This document shows, in pieces, positions 15,708 through 28,410 of a DNA stretch of 64,000 nucleotides (position 1 is its first letter; every line of letters starts with the position of its first letter). A model generated the notes under the pieces. It did not search any database, had not been told where the DNA came from, and was given only the letters and a program-made list of their open reading frames with translations. This DNA comes from Moniliella sp. 'wahieum' (taxonomy: Eukaryota): NCBI GenBank assembly GCA_003971905.1, contig RSEE01000077.1, positions 248,001-312,000 of the forward strand, in the 5' to 3' direction. Made by a program: the position numbers and the translations under genes.

Positions 15708-15795
15708 GCGACGCTAGTCGCCCCGTGCTTGTTGATATTCTCTGCGTTGCGCTGATAACAAAACCCCGAGCGACGCTAGTCGCCCCATGCCTGTT
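15708..15795. repeat. Two ~26-bp direct repeats, each containing a GCGAC-GCTA-GTCGC hairpin
   Basis: gcgacgctagtcgccccgtgcttgtt (15708-15733) and gcgacgctagtcgccccatgcctgtt (15770-15795), with a 62-bp period. Confidence 0.85.
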
Positions 15796-17267
15796 TAAAC
15801 ATGTTACCTTTCTAGGCTGTCCGTGCGGCAGCCGTCTCCCCTAGTCTCCCCTGTTCGCCGTTCATCCTCTGTTGCCTGGTTTTCTTTCCTTTTAGTCCCT
15901 GTCTGTTAGCAATGGTTCGTGGCTTTCCCCCACGGTCCACTTGGCGTCTCCTCCTACTCCGGTCTCCTCGCCAATTGACCGAATCCCAGTACAGGCAACT
16001 CCTCCTCCCCCAGCCCGCGTTGTCAGCTCTCAGCTGCCCAGCCCAAGTCCAGCCCAGTTCAGCCTCGTGTGATCTTGCCCTCCGCCACGCCACTCCCAGT
16101 CTCAGCCCGTCCTCAGTCCAGCAGCGTAGGTCCTGCGCTGCCCTTTCTCCCCGTCCATGAGCCCGAAGGCTTCAGACACGCTACTGCGGCCCAAGCCGGT
16201 GCTACGCAGCCTTGCCACACTTGCAGCCGCCTCTGCTTGATACGCCGAGAGTCCTTGTCCCTAGCTCCGCTCGGACCACAACCAGCTCAAGCGAGTAACT
16301 GCCGTGAGTAGACCCTAGTAGGACCTCCAAGAGATTGTACCCCTTAAACCCTCCGGGCGGGCTCCCTGGTGGCGCCCGCCCCATGACAACCGCTGGCGAT
16401 GCCGAGTGGTAGGAGGCTGGCTGGGAGTTTTCTTATCATCCAGTGAGTTTTTAGTGTCGAGCGAGCGCTGGGCTAGGCGCCGAGGGCGCTGGGCTGCACA
16501 AGAGCTCAGTAATTCAGCCATGTGAATTTGGACGGGGGCAGGCGCTCTGGAAGGAGGGGCCCAGGAATACTTGCACAAGGTCGAGGGCGTGTCGGCCCCG
16601 CGGGAGGCAAAACTGGAGGGATTGTTAGCCGGCGTTAGTGAATACAATTGCAGCTATTCGCGGAGATTAGGCCTTGTGGCCCAGCGCTTAGCTCCTTTAC
16701 GTCCTGAGCTTGAGCTTAACTAGTTTAACTACGTTGAATGTACATGAAAAATGTTGAACGCATGTTGCAGGGGCATTACCCAGAGGCTGTCGAGGCCCGA
16801 GGGAAGGCGGGGAGGGCGACATGGCGGTCGAGGGGACGGCGTGCTGAGGGCGAGGGCCCAAGTACAGTGTTGAGACTGAACGTACTGATGGCGCTGATGC
16901 GCTGATGTGCTGATGTGCTGATGGGCTCGATGCCGATGAGCGCAGCGATCGATGAGCGTCGGTGCAGTGACTTGGTGACTAGTGATGCATGATGCATGAG
17001 GTGCGAGGGTGCTGGGTGCCGGTGCTGGGTGCTGCTGGGCACTGCATGCTGGGCGCGGGAATGGGTGATTGCGATAAGTGAACGACAAGCAGAAACCATA
17101 TGCCCCATCCCATCCAACCATGCAACCGCACAACGCAGCCATGCGACGGACCAACAATAAGTAACCCCCAGAACTCTGGCCAATTCACCGGCATCGCCCC
17201 CCTGCCTCGCCTCGCCTCTCCTCTCCTGTCCTCCCTTGGCGCCTCCCACCTCCACCACCCACCTCCC

Positions 17268-19716
17268 ATGCCGTCCGCTTAGCTCCTATCCCCGTCCCAG
17301 CCCATCATGCCAGCCGCTTCCCGCCCCCGCCCCCGCCCCCGCTCCCGCCCCCTCCCACTCCCGCTCCAGCGGCCCCGCGCCAGCCGCATACAACCTGTCC
17401 GACTCGATCGCCTCTCTCTCTGCTCGGGCCACCGCCACCCAGGCGGATTTCAGGCTCTCGACTCCTCCACGCCCCTCGGCGTCGACCTCCTCTACCGCTG
17501 GGATGGCCCTGATGCTGCTCACAACAGCGATGAGAGAGTGAGATTGCTCACACAGACCCCTCTACTTGCAAGGCTTCATCTGGCCCGCCCCCATTCCCTC
17601 CCGACCAGGAAACCACAGGGACCAGAGCTGGAGCCCAGATCCCCGTCGATACCCCGCCTGTTTTCCCCGCCGAGGTGGAAGACCATCTCGCTTGGTGTCG
17701 CCATCTGCCTTGGTGGAAGCGGCCGTCGGATGTGATGCTGCGACCGTTTTCTTCTTCCTTGCCGTTGCCACGGGGTTGGCCATCCCGGTCCGAGTCGAGT
17801 TCTTTGACCAACTTGCCTGCGAAAGCCTCTACTCTTCCTCACCTGCTGCGCCCGTCTGCCTGGATCAAACTGGTTCCGCCGCTCCTCCGGTGGTATGATT
17901 GCTCCGCACTTCCTTACGGACCAGATGATCCTGCCCTGTGTCATTCTGCACCGTATTGGCTCACAGTGCCAGCCTGCAAATGCGCATCACGGTTCTCTGT
18001 GGCTTACTGTCGGTATTGACGACTGGTTGGTGGTGCGGCGTTCCGACCGACTGGGACGGCGGGGTGTCATGATCTGGAGCGCACTGGGCATGGTAGTCAA
18101 TTCGGCAGTGTTCGTCATCACGCCATGGTACCTCGAAGTCGCTTGCCGGCGGTCCCAACTTTTTGCTCGTGGGCGCCATATTCGATGGACTGGTTGGTGG
18201 CATGCCGACGGCAATGGCCACGTTTAACGCTTACATCGCGGATGCCACCCCGCCCGGAACTAAAGCGATGGGCTTCAGCATGCTCCTCGGTCTGTTTTAC
18301 ATTGCAATGGCCGTCGGCCCCGTGCTTGGTGGCCGTCTTGTCGCAATGAGCGGGTTGGTCAGTGTGTTTTACGTTGCAACGGTCATCACTGCTTTGTACT
18401 TTGCCTTTGTTGTTCTTCTGCTCCCCGAGTCGTGCTCGCCAGCGGCGTTGGCCAACTCGCAGAACAGCATCTCGCTCGCACAGATTGAACCAAGCCAACC
18501 TGGAGGCCCAACTCGCCTCTGCTCCTACCTGGGCTCACCAGGTCTGGGTCCATTTCACTTTCCATGTTGCGCGTGTGTTCCAGCCCTTGTCGTGTTGGTT
18601 CCATCGAAAGTGGAAGTGGTGACCGAGGTCCCGGCTGCGCCGACTTCGACGTATCGGACGAGGAGACACCTTTGTTGGACCCATCCCGTCGGGCATCAAC
18701 ATACAGTGCTGCCAGTGGCGCCCCGTCGGCAGAGATCAATGCCTCGTACATTTCTGTCTCGCACGTCTCCAAGAATGGAAACGCGATTACAACCTGTTGT
18801 TGGTGGCGCTGGCCATGTGGTTTGAAGTATCGGTGATTGGCGTGATGGGAAGCAAGATGCTCTATGCCCAACAACATTTCCACTGGGGTGCTCCCGAAAT
18901 GGGCGGGTTCATGACAGCGGCCTCCTTGTCCCGGGTGTTGGCTCTGACGCTGATCTTGCCATTGGCCATCAAACTTCTTCACCGGCCTCACCAGATCGCG
19001 CTGCCTCAGGATAACGATGCTCGGCACGATGCGCTAGACCACGAGGGCCGCGTGTCCCGTCGTGCTTCCCGCGCGGGCCTGGCTAGTGACACGCCCTACG
19101 ACGACGAAGGTTCGGACGAGGACTCTGATTCGGACGGAGGGAAGCTCCTCTGACCGAGACAGAGCGGATGATCGAGCATGCGTGGACAATGCGTGCGACT
19201 CATCTTCGTTTGCTCCATGATAGCCGCTTCGACCTGCACGTGGCTCGGGTTAGCATGCTGGTGGCGGTAGCATGCTACCTGGGTACCGCGACGGCCACAT
19301 CGGGGTGGATGTTCGTCTTCTGGACCTGTGCTGCCTGCTTGGGCGCCGGAGCAGGCGCAGCCATCTCATCGCTAGCGGTGGCTCTGTTGAAGGACCCCAA
19401 AGACGCAGGTCGCCTGTTTGGTGCCAACTCGATGCTGGCCGCCATTGGACAGACGGTGATCAGCCCTGTGATCTTCACCCGTGTCTACCAGGCTACCGCT
19501 GACACTTCCTACTCGTGGGCAATCTTCGTGGTTGCGGCAGGTACGTTTGAAGTGACTCATCGGTGCCCTCTTCCCGTCTTCTAACCGTTTTCTCTCTCAG
19601 GTCTCTTTTGCATTTCTTTCCTTCTCTCTGCTTGGTCCGGGTCCGCAAGCCCAAGTCTCTCCCTGCCCTACCTCCCCGTCCAGCGTCACCGGCGAACCAG
19701 CGCATTCACGCTATAA
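17268..19716 (+). CDS. MFS transporter (SLC46/tetracycline-efflux-like), frameshifted; intron ~19541-19601
   Basis: MFS motif A SDRLGRRGV, then GAIFDGLVGG..AYIADATPPG..FSMLLGLFYIAMAVGPVLGG, later DAGRLFGA, with multiple TM segments. Confidence 0.85.
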
Positions 19717-19859
19717 GCTACTCCATCGTCCGTCTCGACTCGGTCTTTCTATATATGAGCCTGCGGTGTATATTTTGATTGGGGGGGCTCTTGTTTTTCT
19801 GTATATTGCTTCTTTCCTCATCACACGCCCTGCATGCCAAACCCACCACGCTTCTCCGT

Positions 19860-22440
19860 TATGGTCTTTTTGGTCATTGAATTGAATGTCCATGTCTTTC
19901 TTCATACATCTCACCGCGCTTCTGCACGGTTTCACAAGACGATCTGGAGGATCATCCACAGACAGCCGGGGAAGCTTGAACTTCTTGCTTTGCCACAATA
20001 TGCTTTTCTCTAACACGCACACAGCGTATGGGACGTTGCCAATCCAGAATGCTTCCCTCGGACCCTGTGCATACCAACCTCGTCGGCAGTACATTGAAGT
20101 TTATGTTTGAGGAGGGGAGGATATGAAATCTGAGAAACCGAGGTGTGGCACATGAGAAGAATGGCGAAAGCACAGGGTTGAAGCTTTCTCGCTCAATGTG
20201 CAGAGGTGAGACAAGATCCGATGGAGCGGTGACATCGGTGACAGAAAGACAACACAACAACGATCAAATGATTGGCGCTGAATAACAGATGTATGGATGT
20301 GCGAAGAAAACGCGAAGGTCGAAGAATGATAGAGCCAATACGGAGATGCTCAAGCCAGTTGGGTCAAGTTGCTCTCAATCTAAGCCAAAAACGCGTTGTC
20401 TCTTCGACTAAGAGTGGTAGACCCATTCTTCTGGGCCGCAGTATGAAGACCACCTCGTCGGACTCGACGGAGCTTTGGAACCATGCGAGGCGACGTGGGG
20501 TCGCGTATTTCTGTCAAAGAAGTCGAACGGGGTGTAGAACGGTCGGCCAATGGGCGGACTTGAGCTTGAGCCTCCTCCGCCTGGATCGAGTTTACACCTG
20601 GGAGTAGGTGTGTATGGTATGTGGGAAGGAGAAATGGGGCCGAACCAACCGCGTACAGGGTGCCTACGAGGTACAGCCTCGTCGGTTCGAGTTGGCGTTA
20701 AAAACGAAAGTGAAGCGTTGAGTGGGACCTCCAATGCCACAGGATGTGTATGATTTTTGTAAGTGGGGTCCAAGAGACCAGTAAAGCCGAACGGTAGCGT
20801 TGGCATGGGCTACCTAGATGACCAGAGCTGTGTCGATGTTTAGGCGTTGGAAGGGGTTTGATAGCCGGAGGAGGGGCATTTTGTAACGGAGCAATGGCGA
20901 AGAGGAACGACAGCAATCACTTTTCCTGGCCGAAGGAATCAGTTTCTTCCTCCATGAGGGCCAAGAGCAAGTTGAGTGATGAAGCCCCCCATTTCGCGGA
21001 TGAACGCAAGCGAGATTTGGTCGCAAGTTGTTGGAGAAGAGGTGCGCCAGAGCCTGATGATCGAGCTCGTTTATACTCGTGACTGCATGAACTGCGAAAC
21101 CAGTTGGGGCTAGTCACGGACTCGATGCTGATTATCCGGGATCCTGTTGTTTGGATAACAACAGGGAATCATCCAGGTCTTGGAGGAGGGGTCGCAGTGG
21201 ATTTTCTTTTGTTGCAACATCCAGTGGGAAAGCGTCAGTTCCTGACTGCCGCCCCTGGGATACCAGAACAGGAGATTCAAGCTCAACCCGTGTTCCCCTC
21301 ACCAGACTGATGTCGGACAAACGTAGATTGCGCAGATACGAGGTCCCAACGTTTCTGCGTCTGGCTGACCATATTGGTGGTAGCCTCTTCCGTTCCAGGA
21401 CAAGATCTTGAGCGGGAACGGGCGCTGCTCATAGCGCATTTGGCCGTCACCGACACCTGCAATTGGCATGTGTTGGGTGTCTGGTCCAAATCCATGGCCG
21501 AAGCAGGTTTTGGTGTGTCATTGGGGCTGACGGAGGTGAATGACCTATAGGGCGGAATGGCAGTTTGCGCATCTGAAGTTGCCGAGGACACACTTGTTGA
21601 CCTGGCTGTCCGCAGAGTAAGATTGGAACATTGCGAAGGGGCGCTCGATGCATTTGACGAGTGGGACCATCTTCGTCGCGCAAAGGGGAGGAAAGTTGGG
21701 TATTTCGAAAGTGGCCTTCGTGAGTAGACCAGCTGACTGGACAGTACGACCCCGATAGGTTTTTTGGTTGATGCAGTAGTAACACTGAAGTTTTCATGCC
21801 TGGCGGAACCAACATCAACGCATTTGAAAGAATGATCGTGCGCCTGAGGAGCTGGATCCTCAAGGGCCAGCTTGGCAAAACATCCCTGAAGAAACAAGAA
21901 CAAATGGTCAGGATATCCATTTTGCTTAAAACGAAGAGGGCCTGATGAAGACGAGAATGGTTGTGCTACTTACTAGGCTTGGAAAAGAAAGGTCCTGGGA
22001 AACGTCCTCCAGCGTGACTAAGGGGGCTTGTGGGTGGGTAATATGGGTCTGATGGGTACGTCGGGGGTAGAGAACAAGCGAGTGACTACAGGCACCTGTA
22101 CCTCGGATGGCTGATGTTGGGTTGGGTCGAGCGGGTGCAAGCCGTAGTTTTGCTGCATCAAGAAGCGTTTAGAAGCAGACATGCGACGCTCTGCCCGTTG
22201 CATGTTTGGTGTCTTGAGCGCTGGATGCGCTTTGGGGCTGGATAGCGTGCTGCTGGAGTTGCTGGACGGAAACATGGCACTGATGGTCTCGAGATCGGTA
22301 GGGACGGCAGTCCAGTGCTTCCCACGGTATTCGCTATCCAGTGACGACCCAATGATGTGGTAGCGGTTCATCAAGCAGGTCGTACAAGTTGAAGGCGGCC
22401 GCCGGGGGAAACGGGGAAAAGAAGGGAGGAAATAGACCAA
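19860..22440 (-). CDS. Hypothetical protein (fragmented, product unknown)
   Basis: A chain of minus-strand ORF fragments with protein-like composition (22018-22440, 21283-21903, 20917-21117, 20408-20806, 19711-20094). No recognised motif. Confidence 0.4.
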
Positions 22441-22542
22441 AATGGGAAAAGGAGTATGATGGTCGAGCGTGGTGTGTTGGTGGGAAAAGGATGACTGTGT
22501 GAGACCAATACAAAGAACTACTCTTTAGCTCTTGTACATAAA

Positions 22543-22685
22543 GGTACCGCGTTAAACGTTAAACGTTAACCGTTAACCGTTGATGCATGCATGATGCATG
22601 ACGGCTGTGGAAGGTGGATGAGTACTCAACTGAGTACACTGAGTTACCAAGTACTCACAGTACGAAGTCCATGAGGTTCGAAGTG
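22543..22685. repeat. Cluster of short palindromic words (GTTAAC/AACGTT, ATGCAT, GAGTACTC)
   Basis: gttaaacgttaaacgttaaccgttaaccgttgatgcatgcatgatgcatg..gagtactcaactgagtacactgagttaccaagtactcacagtacg. Confidence 0.7.
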
Positions 22686-23714
22686 TTGTGGGAAGAGGGG
22701 TTTACATACTGAGGAGTATTATAGTTGCAAAACTTGTGCAGGGTACCCCAGTGGGGATGGTCACCGGCCGTCAGCAGCGATCATCGACCGGTGTAGTACC
22801 CCATGCACCACCATGCGCCAGTACACCTGTGCTCATTAATACGTACTGGTGCCTCTGGTGTCAATGTCACCGGCACCGAGCCCCACTGCGCAACACCAGA
22901 ATGTCGCCGTCATCGAGACGTGGGCACAGTGACGATCTTGCTTCCCTCCCAGCCACATGCCAATTCAAAGCCACTGGGCCACATGCAGAGATTTCTGTGA
23001 ACGTTGTGAACCCTACTGAGTACTTAACCCCACCATCGTATAACAACACAAGTAATTGCCATGAGCATGCCATTCCCAACTTTGGCCACTGAAAAACATT
23101 TGCCCCAAGAGGAGATGGAGATGTCGTTCCAAGAGAGATAGGGGGGAGTCGGATAGACAACGTCGGACATAATACGTGATCAGTTACATGCGTGATGGCG
23201 CTGACACGCCCCTCCCCGATCGGTTGTGGCCACCGCCAAAAATACCCTGTCATCTATCATTCTATCTCTCAAGCTTCAAGCTTCAAGCTTCATGGTCCAC
23301 AGGTGTGATCACACCACGCTGCATCATAACCGCGTGTGGCAAATCAATCCCTATAATATCCCTACTTTTTCAATGCCCCTCGCTGCATAGCAGCCACGCT
23401 CTGGCAACCCAGAGTGGCCGCAATGGAGGACGGAGCGTAGGACAGCGAGCTGTGTGTGATACACTGAGTGTTGGCGTGTAGTTGATAGACGTGAGCGAAG
23501 GAAGAAAGGAAAAGATCGGCGTGCAGACCTCGCTCTGCAGAGTCTAAACCTCAGCCTCACATGGGCCTCACATGGGCCTCATAGGTGTTCTCAAAGCTCA
23601 CGACAAAAACTATCAAGACGATGATGAATGGGTAAACAAGCGTTGCCAGGTGTAAAAATGTTAGGAAACGATGGGATGCAAATGCAACCGTGTAAACTCT
23701 CCGGCCTTCTCCCG

Positions 23715-24849
23715 CTAAAGACGAGTACCGGGGGTGCCGAGGAAGGCGGATACCGATGCCGCCGTCTTGGACGACGTTTCTTTCTAGTACCTCATACGGG
23801 TTAGCACATCGCCAAACAGCAAAAGGTGAAACGCACAATGAGGTTGGACACTGCTTTGAAGTCTGGATGCTTAGCATCGGCCAGCAGTTGGAATAGCAGA
23901 CTTTCTGAGGTAGTGATGACTGCGCCCGCGTTGCGCATGAGCTACACCAGCAGGGAAAGAAAGCAAACGAAGTGTCAGTACTATGGCTATTGGCCAAAGG
24001 GTAATGGCGAAAGAAATTTGCGTACCCCAAGAGCAGGCCCAATTTCACCTGGGTTGGAGCTGCTGACTCCATCGGTCAGGACGAAGACGTTGTACCCCTT
24101 TTCCCTCAAGTCAAGAACCGTCTGCAGGACACAAACGTGCGATTCTGACCATTCCCAAGCCCAAGCAGGCCTACAGGTCAGCACACCATTTGCAAACCGC
24201 AATCCAGGAAGGACAACGCACCAATCCCAAGATAATCACGTCCCGCACGCATCCGGTTGGGCGTTGGCCAAGAAATTCTCGGCGGGGGGATGAGCATGCT
24301 GAACTTGGTTTTTGCCTCAACGTTCACCTTCCCAGCCGGGAACTTGTCCAGGATCGTCGTCAGCTCGTTAACGGTCGGGCCCAGTCCTGTGTATGTAAAC
24401 CAATCAAAGTCAGTCAGCATTGCCGCCATACACAAGTGTTTCAACCAGTATTACCCCGAGATATTGTTCGGTGACAAACACGGGCAGCTGCAAATGTGAG
24501 CTGCACTCAGCGTCTTTGCTGCCGTGTTGTGAGTTCAGGGTAGCGCCACATGACGGGACTGGTACACAACGTGAGGGGCTCGATCAGTATTCAGGAATCG
24601 AAGTTCGTAGGGTTTTGTACTCACCGGAACTGCATGGCACGACGAGGAAGATAAGCAAGGAAAGAGACAAACCACACACCGTGCAACGTTGACAAGCATC
24701 ATAGGCGATGGGGAGGTCAGTATGTGTCGATATCGCGACGAAAACCAGAGGGGTTTCCGTACCTTCTCTTGGATATCACAGAGGAAGACGGCGCTGCGCT
24801 CTCGCAGGATACGGGGCATAACATGGGAAGCAGTCGAGGTGATGGACAT
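23715..24849 (-). CDS. Isochorismatase domain-containing protein (ISOC1/2-like), multi-exon, including a 5-nt microexon
   Basis: The spliced reading is [21 protein letters not shown]..|[36 protein letters not shown]..|[41 protein letters not shown]. Introns are GT-AG with CTRAC branch sites. Confidence 0.9.
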
Positions 24850-25095
24850 GGTGGGGTTGAAGGTGGTTGGGTGGAAGTAGAAGGTGGTCTGGGGGAAGCT
24901 GGAAGCTGGGATGGGTTGAATGATAGGCCGCGGTCATATGCGCTCTTGTCGGATCCGCATGCGGCGCTGCAGGGCGCTGCTTGGCTGCGGCCGCGCACGG
25001 GCCTTGGTTGGGGCGATGTGGGGATTCCCACGATTATCGATTACCGATTACCGGTTACCGCGCCGGTTACTGGGCTCCGGTTTTCGGTTCACGCG

Positions 25096-25378
25096 TCACG
25101 TGGTCACATTCACAGGTGACCCGGTGACGGCCACCAGCCGATCATCGATCAGCCTGATCGCTGAGGCTCAGGGACCGGTGACTGCTGTCCACCCAATTAA
25201 GTAGGGTTGCTCAGCATGCTGAGGCTCAGCCAGGCTCAGCCCCGGAGCCTACAGCCTTACAAAGACCGCGGCAGTAGCGAGAACAAAGTTTCATTTTTGG
25301 TATTGGGTAGAGGAAACGGGAAACCAGTTCAACCCTAGTGCACACCCGTGCTGCGGCACATTTTCCGTCGCTAGGGTT
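25096..25378. promoter_or_regulatory. RPL43/isochorismatase divergent promoter with a TCACGTG (Cbf1-like) site and telobox/Tbf1-like AACCCTA sites
   Basis: TCACGTG at 25096-25102, TAGGGTT at 25202-25208, and an inverted pair AACCCTAG (25331-25338) / CTAGGGTT (25371-25378). Confidence 0.5.
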
Positions 25379-25455
25379 CGTGTGTGCCAGTACCCGCCTG
25401 TGTCCCATGCACCCTACCTCTACACCACCTGGACCGCTTCAGTACACCTAGCACA

Positions 25456-25900
25456 ATGGTAAGTTACCGCTTGGCTCCTGAGTGGGTGCCGGTTGTGAGG
25501 AGACCATGGCGCTGTGATGCTCTGGTCTCAACGTTCGACCTGCCGGTGCACGCAACTACGGGGCCTTTGCTTGCCCCCCCCCCCAGCCACAAGATCTTGC
25601 CTACTAACATTTCTTTCTCGTCCAGTCCAAGCGCACGACGAAAGTCGGGATCACCGGCAAGTACGGTACCCGTTACGGTTCCACCCTCCGTCGCCAGGTG
25701 AAGAAGATTGAGATCTCGCAGCACGCCCGGTACACGTGTGCCTTCTGTGGCAAGGACGCTGTTAAGCGCCGTGCTGTTGGCATCTGGGACTGCCGCGCCT
25801 GCAAGAAGCAGGTTGCCGGGGCGCATGGGCCCTGTCCACCACGGCCGCTGCCACGGTCCGCAGCACCATCCGCCGTCTGCGTGAGCTCTCGGATGCCTAA
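25456..25900 (+). CDS. RPL43: 60S ribosomal protein eL43 (L37a); ATG-only first exon, intron 25459-25625
   Basis: [66 protein letters not shown](G)[13 protein letters not shown], with the C4 zinc ribbon intact. One homopolymer frameshift at ~25817. Intron GTAAGT..TACTAAC..CAG. Confidence 0.97.
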
Positions 25901-26858
25901 GGGACGCATCCTTATGTCCTGGTCATAATCTCTAGTCTGTGACTCCAACACAGCCTTTCTCACCTCATTCCCACCCCACTACCCTGTCGCCCTTTTCCCC
26001 ATTATGCACTCATGGGACTGGCCGGGTGGACAAGTCACTGACTGGCCCGCCGGCCTCCAGCACTACCTTTGGGCGTACTCTCACCCGAGGGGCGTGTTCT
26101 CCTACCCGCCCTTTTGGAGGGGGGGGTCCGGGCGTCTGTGGTTCATGCCGTTGAACAGCCTGCAAAAGCCCACCATGCATGCCATCTATGCATCCGCACT
26201 CACTGCTGTATAGATAAGACCGTGTCAGGAGTTGGGATGTATAGGATGCGATCGATGGTCGATGGATGAACGTGTGTATTTATGCCCCTAGCGGCTATGC
26301 GGGTTTCCTGTTTAACCACCAGCACTGCTACCGAAATGCAGATGTGAGGAGGCCTGGGCTCAGCTGGATGAGGTTAACAATGTATGTTGCCCAAGCGGGA
26401 GTAGCGCGAGGGGGCGAGACCTGTGAAATGTGGGAAAGGAGAGGTTGACGGAGGCACTGAGGCTGAGGGGATGTGATGCGGAGCAAGGAGTTCGTGGAGC
26501 AACGCGCCGCACTTAAATTTGAAAGCTGTGGAGTGGCTCATAGTGGCTCTGGCCCACCGGCAACCGGCACACCCCACACTGCGCCCCACTGCGCCCCACT
26601 GCGCCCCACTCCCCCCCGCTGATCCTTGCATTGAAACTCTAAGCTAGATCGTACGTTGCACTCTACCGCGACTATTATAATCCAGCTGTCGCCGCACATC
26701 CGCGTCGATCAGCGGCCGCTCAGCACCCGACGCGTGATCGGCATTCCCTCCCCCCCGCTTTCTATTCGCAGCCCCACATGCTGATGCCCGGCTAAGACGA
26801 GCGTACCAGCACTTCCTTCCTCCTCCGCTCCATCACCACACTCTCTCAGCTGTCGCCA

Positions 26859-28410
26859 ATGGCACGCGCCCTCGTTCTGCCAGCCTGCTCCTTGCCCTCC
26901 TGGTCCCAGCCCCGGGCATTCAGGCTCGCACAGTACACACTTCCAGCGGCACTTACACCTCGGTAGCCAGCCGCGTGTCGGGCGTCAGCGAGTTCCGCAA
27001 CATTCCCTACGCCCTGCCCCCCACCGGTGCGCCGCTTCCATCCGCCCCACCCCATCAATGGCTCCCCCTCAGCCTCGGCCCAACAAGCGAATGACTACCC
27101 CCCTTCCTGCCCCCAGTGGGTCACAGCGCCCAGCGAGTACAAGTCTGTTTGGAGCGAATACTTTTGGTACACCTCCCTCGGGGGAGTCAACCAGACCGAG
27201 ACGGGCATGAGCCCTAGGAGCCAGGAAGACTGTCTCCGCCTCGCGATCTGGACCCCCTCCAAGGCAAAGAAGGGGGACAACCTTCCTGTCGCCCTTCTTT
27301 CCTGGGGGTGGATTTGTTTCGGGAGGCGTCGACGTTCCAGTTCAAGTTCCTGCCCAGTGGGTGGGCCGTTCGCAGGAACATATCGTCGTTACCGCCAACT
27401 ACCGCCTCGGCATTTTTGGCTTTAGCAACGCCCGGGGCGTCACTCGCAAGAATGCAGGAATTCTGGATCAGCGGGCAGCACTCAAGTGGGTTGCCGACAA
27501 CATCGCCGCCTTTGGGGGCGATCCAAGTCGATTACAATCTGGGGGCAGTCCGCGGGTGCGCAGTCGGTTGACTTTCATGCGTTTGCCTGGCCGGACAACT
27601 TGATTGCCAATGGCATTTTTGCCCAATCAGGCGTGGCGGTCAAGCCACAACCATTTAATGACGTGGAGGGGACCAACTTTACGTCGGTTGCTCATGGATT
27701 GGGATGCAACACCGCAACTGCTGAGTCTGAACTACAGTGCATGCAAAAGGTGTCGGCCTCTGACATACTTGCCTGGGTCGCCCATCATGGAAACAACGTG
27801 AAATTTGGGCCAACTCCAGATGGAAAAGTTATCTTTGACGACTATGCCGCTCGTATGGCCGAAGGTCGCTTCGCTCAGGCTCCCATTATCATCTCGAATG
27901 CTGCAAATGAGGAGGCGAGCTTGGTTGACTTCCCTTCGAATGTGAACGTGGGACCTGATCCGAGCACGACGAACGCTGAGACGATGCGCCGATTCATTGC
28001 CCTTCGTCCAACAGCTCGGCCTTGCGGCATAAGACGGGACGCATCACGTATCGTTATCAATTTGCGGGGCAGTTAGCCAGTTTCAGAACCAACTTCCTCA
28101 TGCATGGCTTGCCTCGGCCCACTCATCGGATCTGAGCCCTTTCTTTGGCACATACGACCTCACTGCGACAGATGCGCCCACGGGACAAGTGAGCAGGATC
28201 GAGCGAGAGACGGCCCATAGGATGCAAGACTATCTCTTGGCTTTCCTCAAAGACCCCTATTCGGGTCCGGCTTCTGCGGGGTGGCACCCGTATGCTTACC
28301 CTGGCTCCATTCTTCGCTTTGGGGCCGACGGCCAAAGTGTGCAGAGCGTGTCGGGTTCCGAAATTGACGGACCGTGCCGGGGGGTAGGCACTTACAATCC
28401 CCATCCGTGA
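26859..28410 (+). CDS. Type-B carboxylesterase/lipase (alpha/beta hydrolase), probably secreted; frameshifted
   Basis: [61 protein letters not shown], catalytic GQSAG and an HSSDL His motif. The N-terminus is hydrophobic. Confidence 0.9.

Noticed and set aside
15708..15795. CRISPR-like repeat-spacer-repeat (26-bp hairpin repeats, 36-bp spacer)
   Set aside because: Only two imperfect copies, a eukaryotic context and no cas genes.
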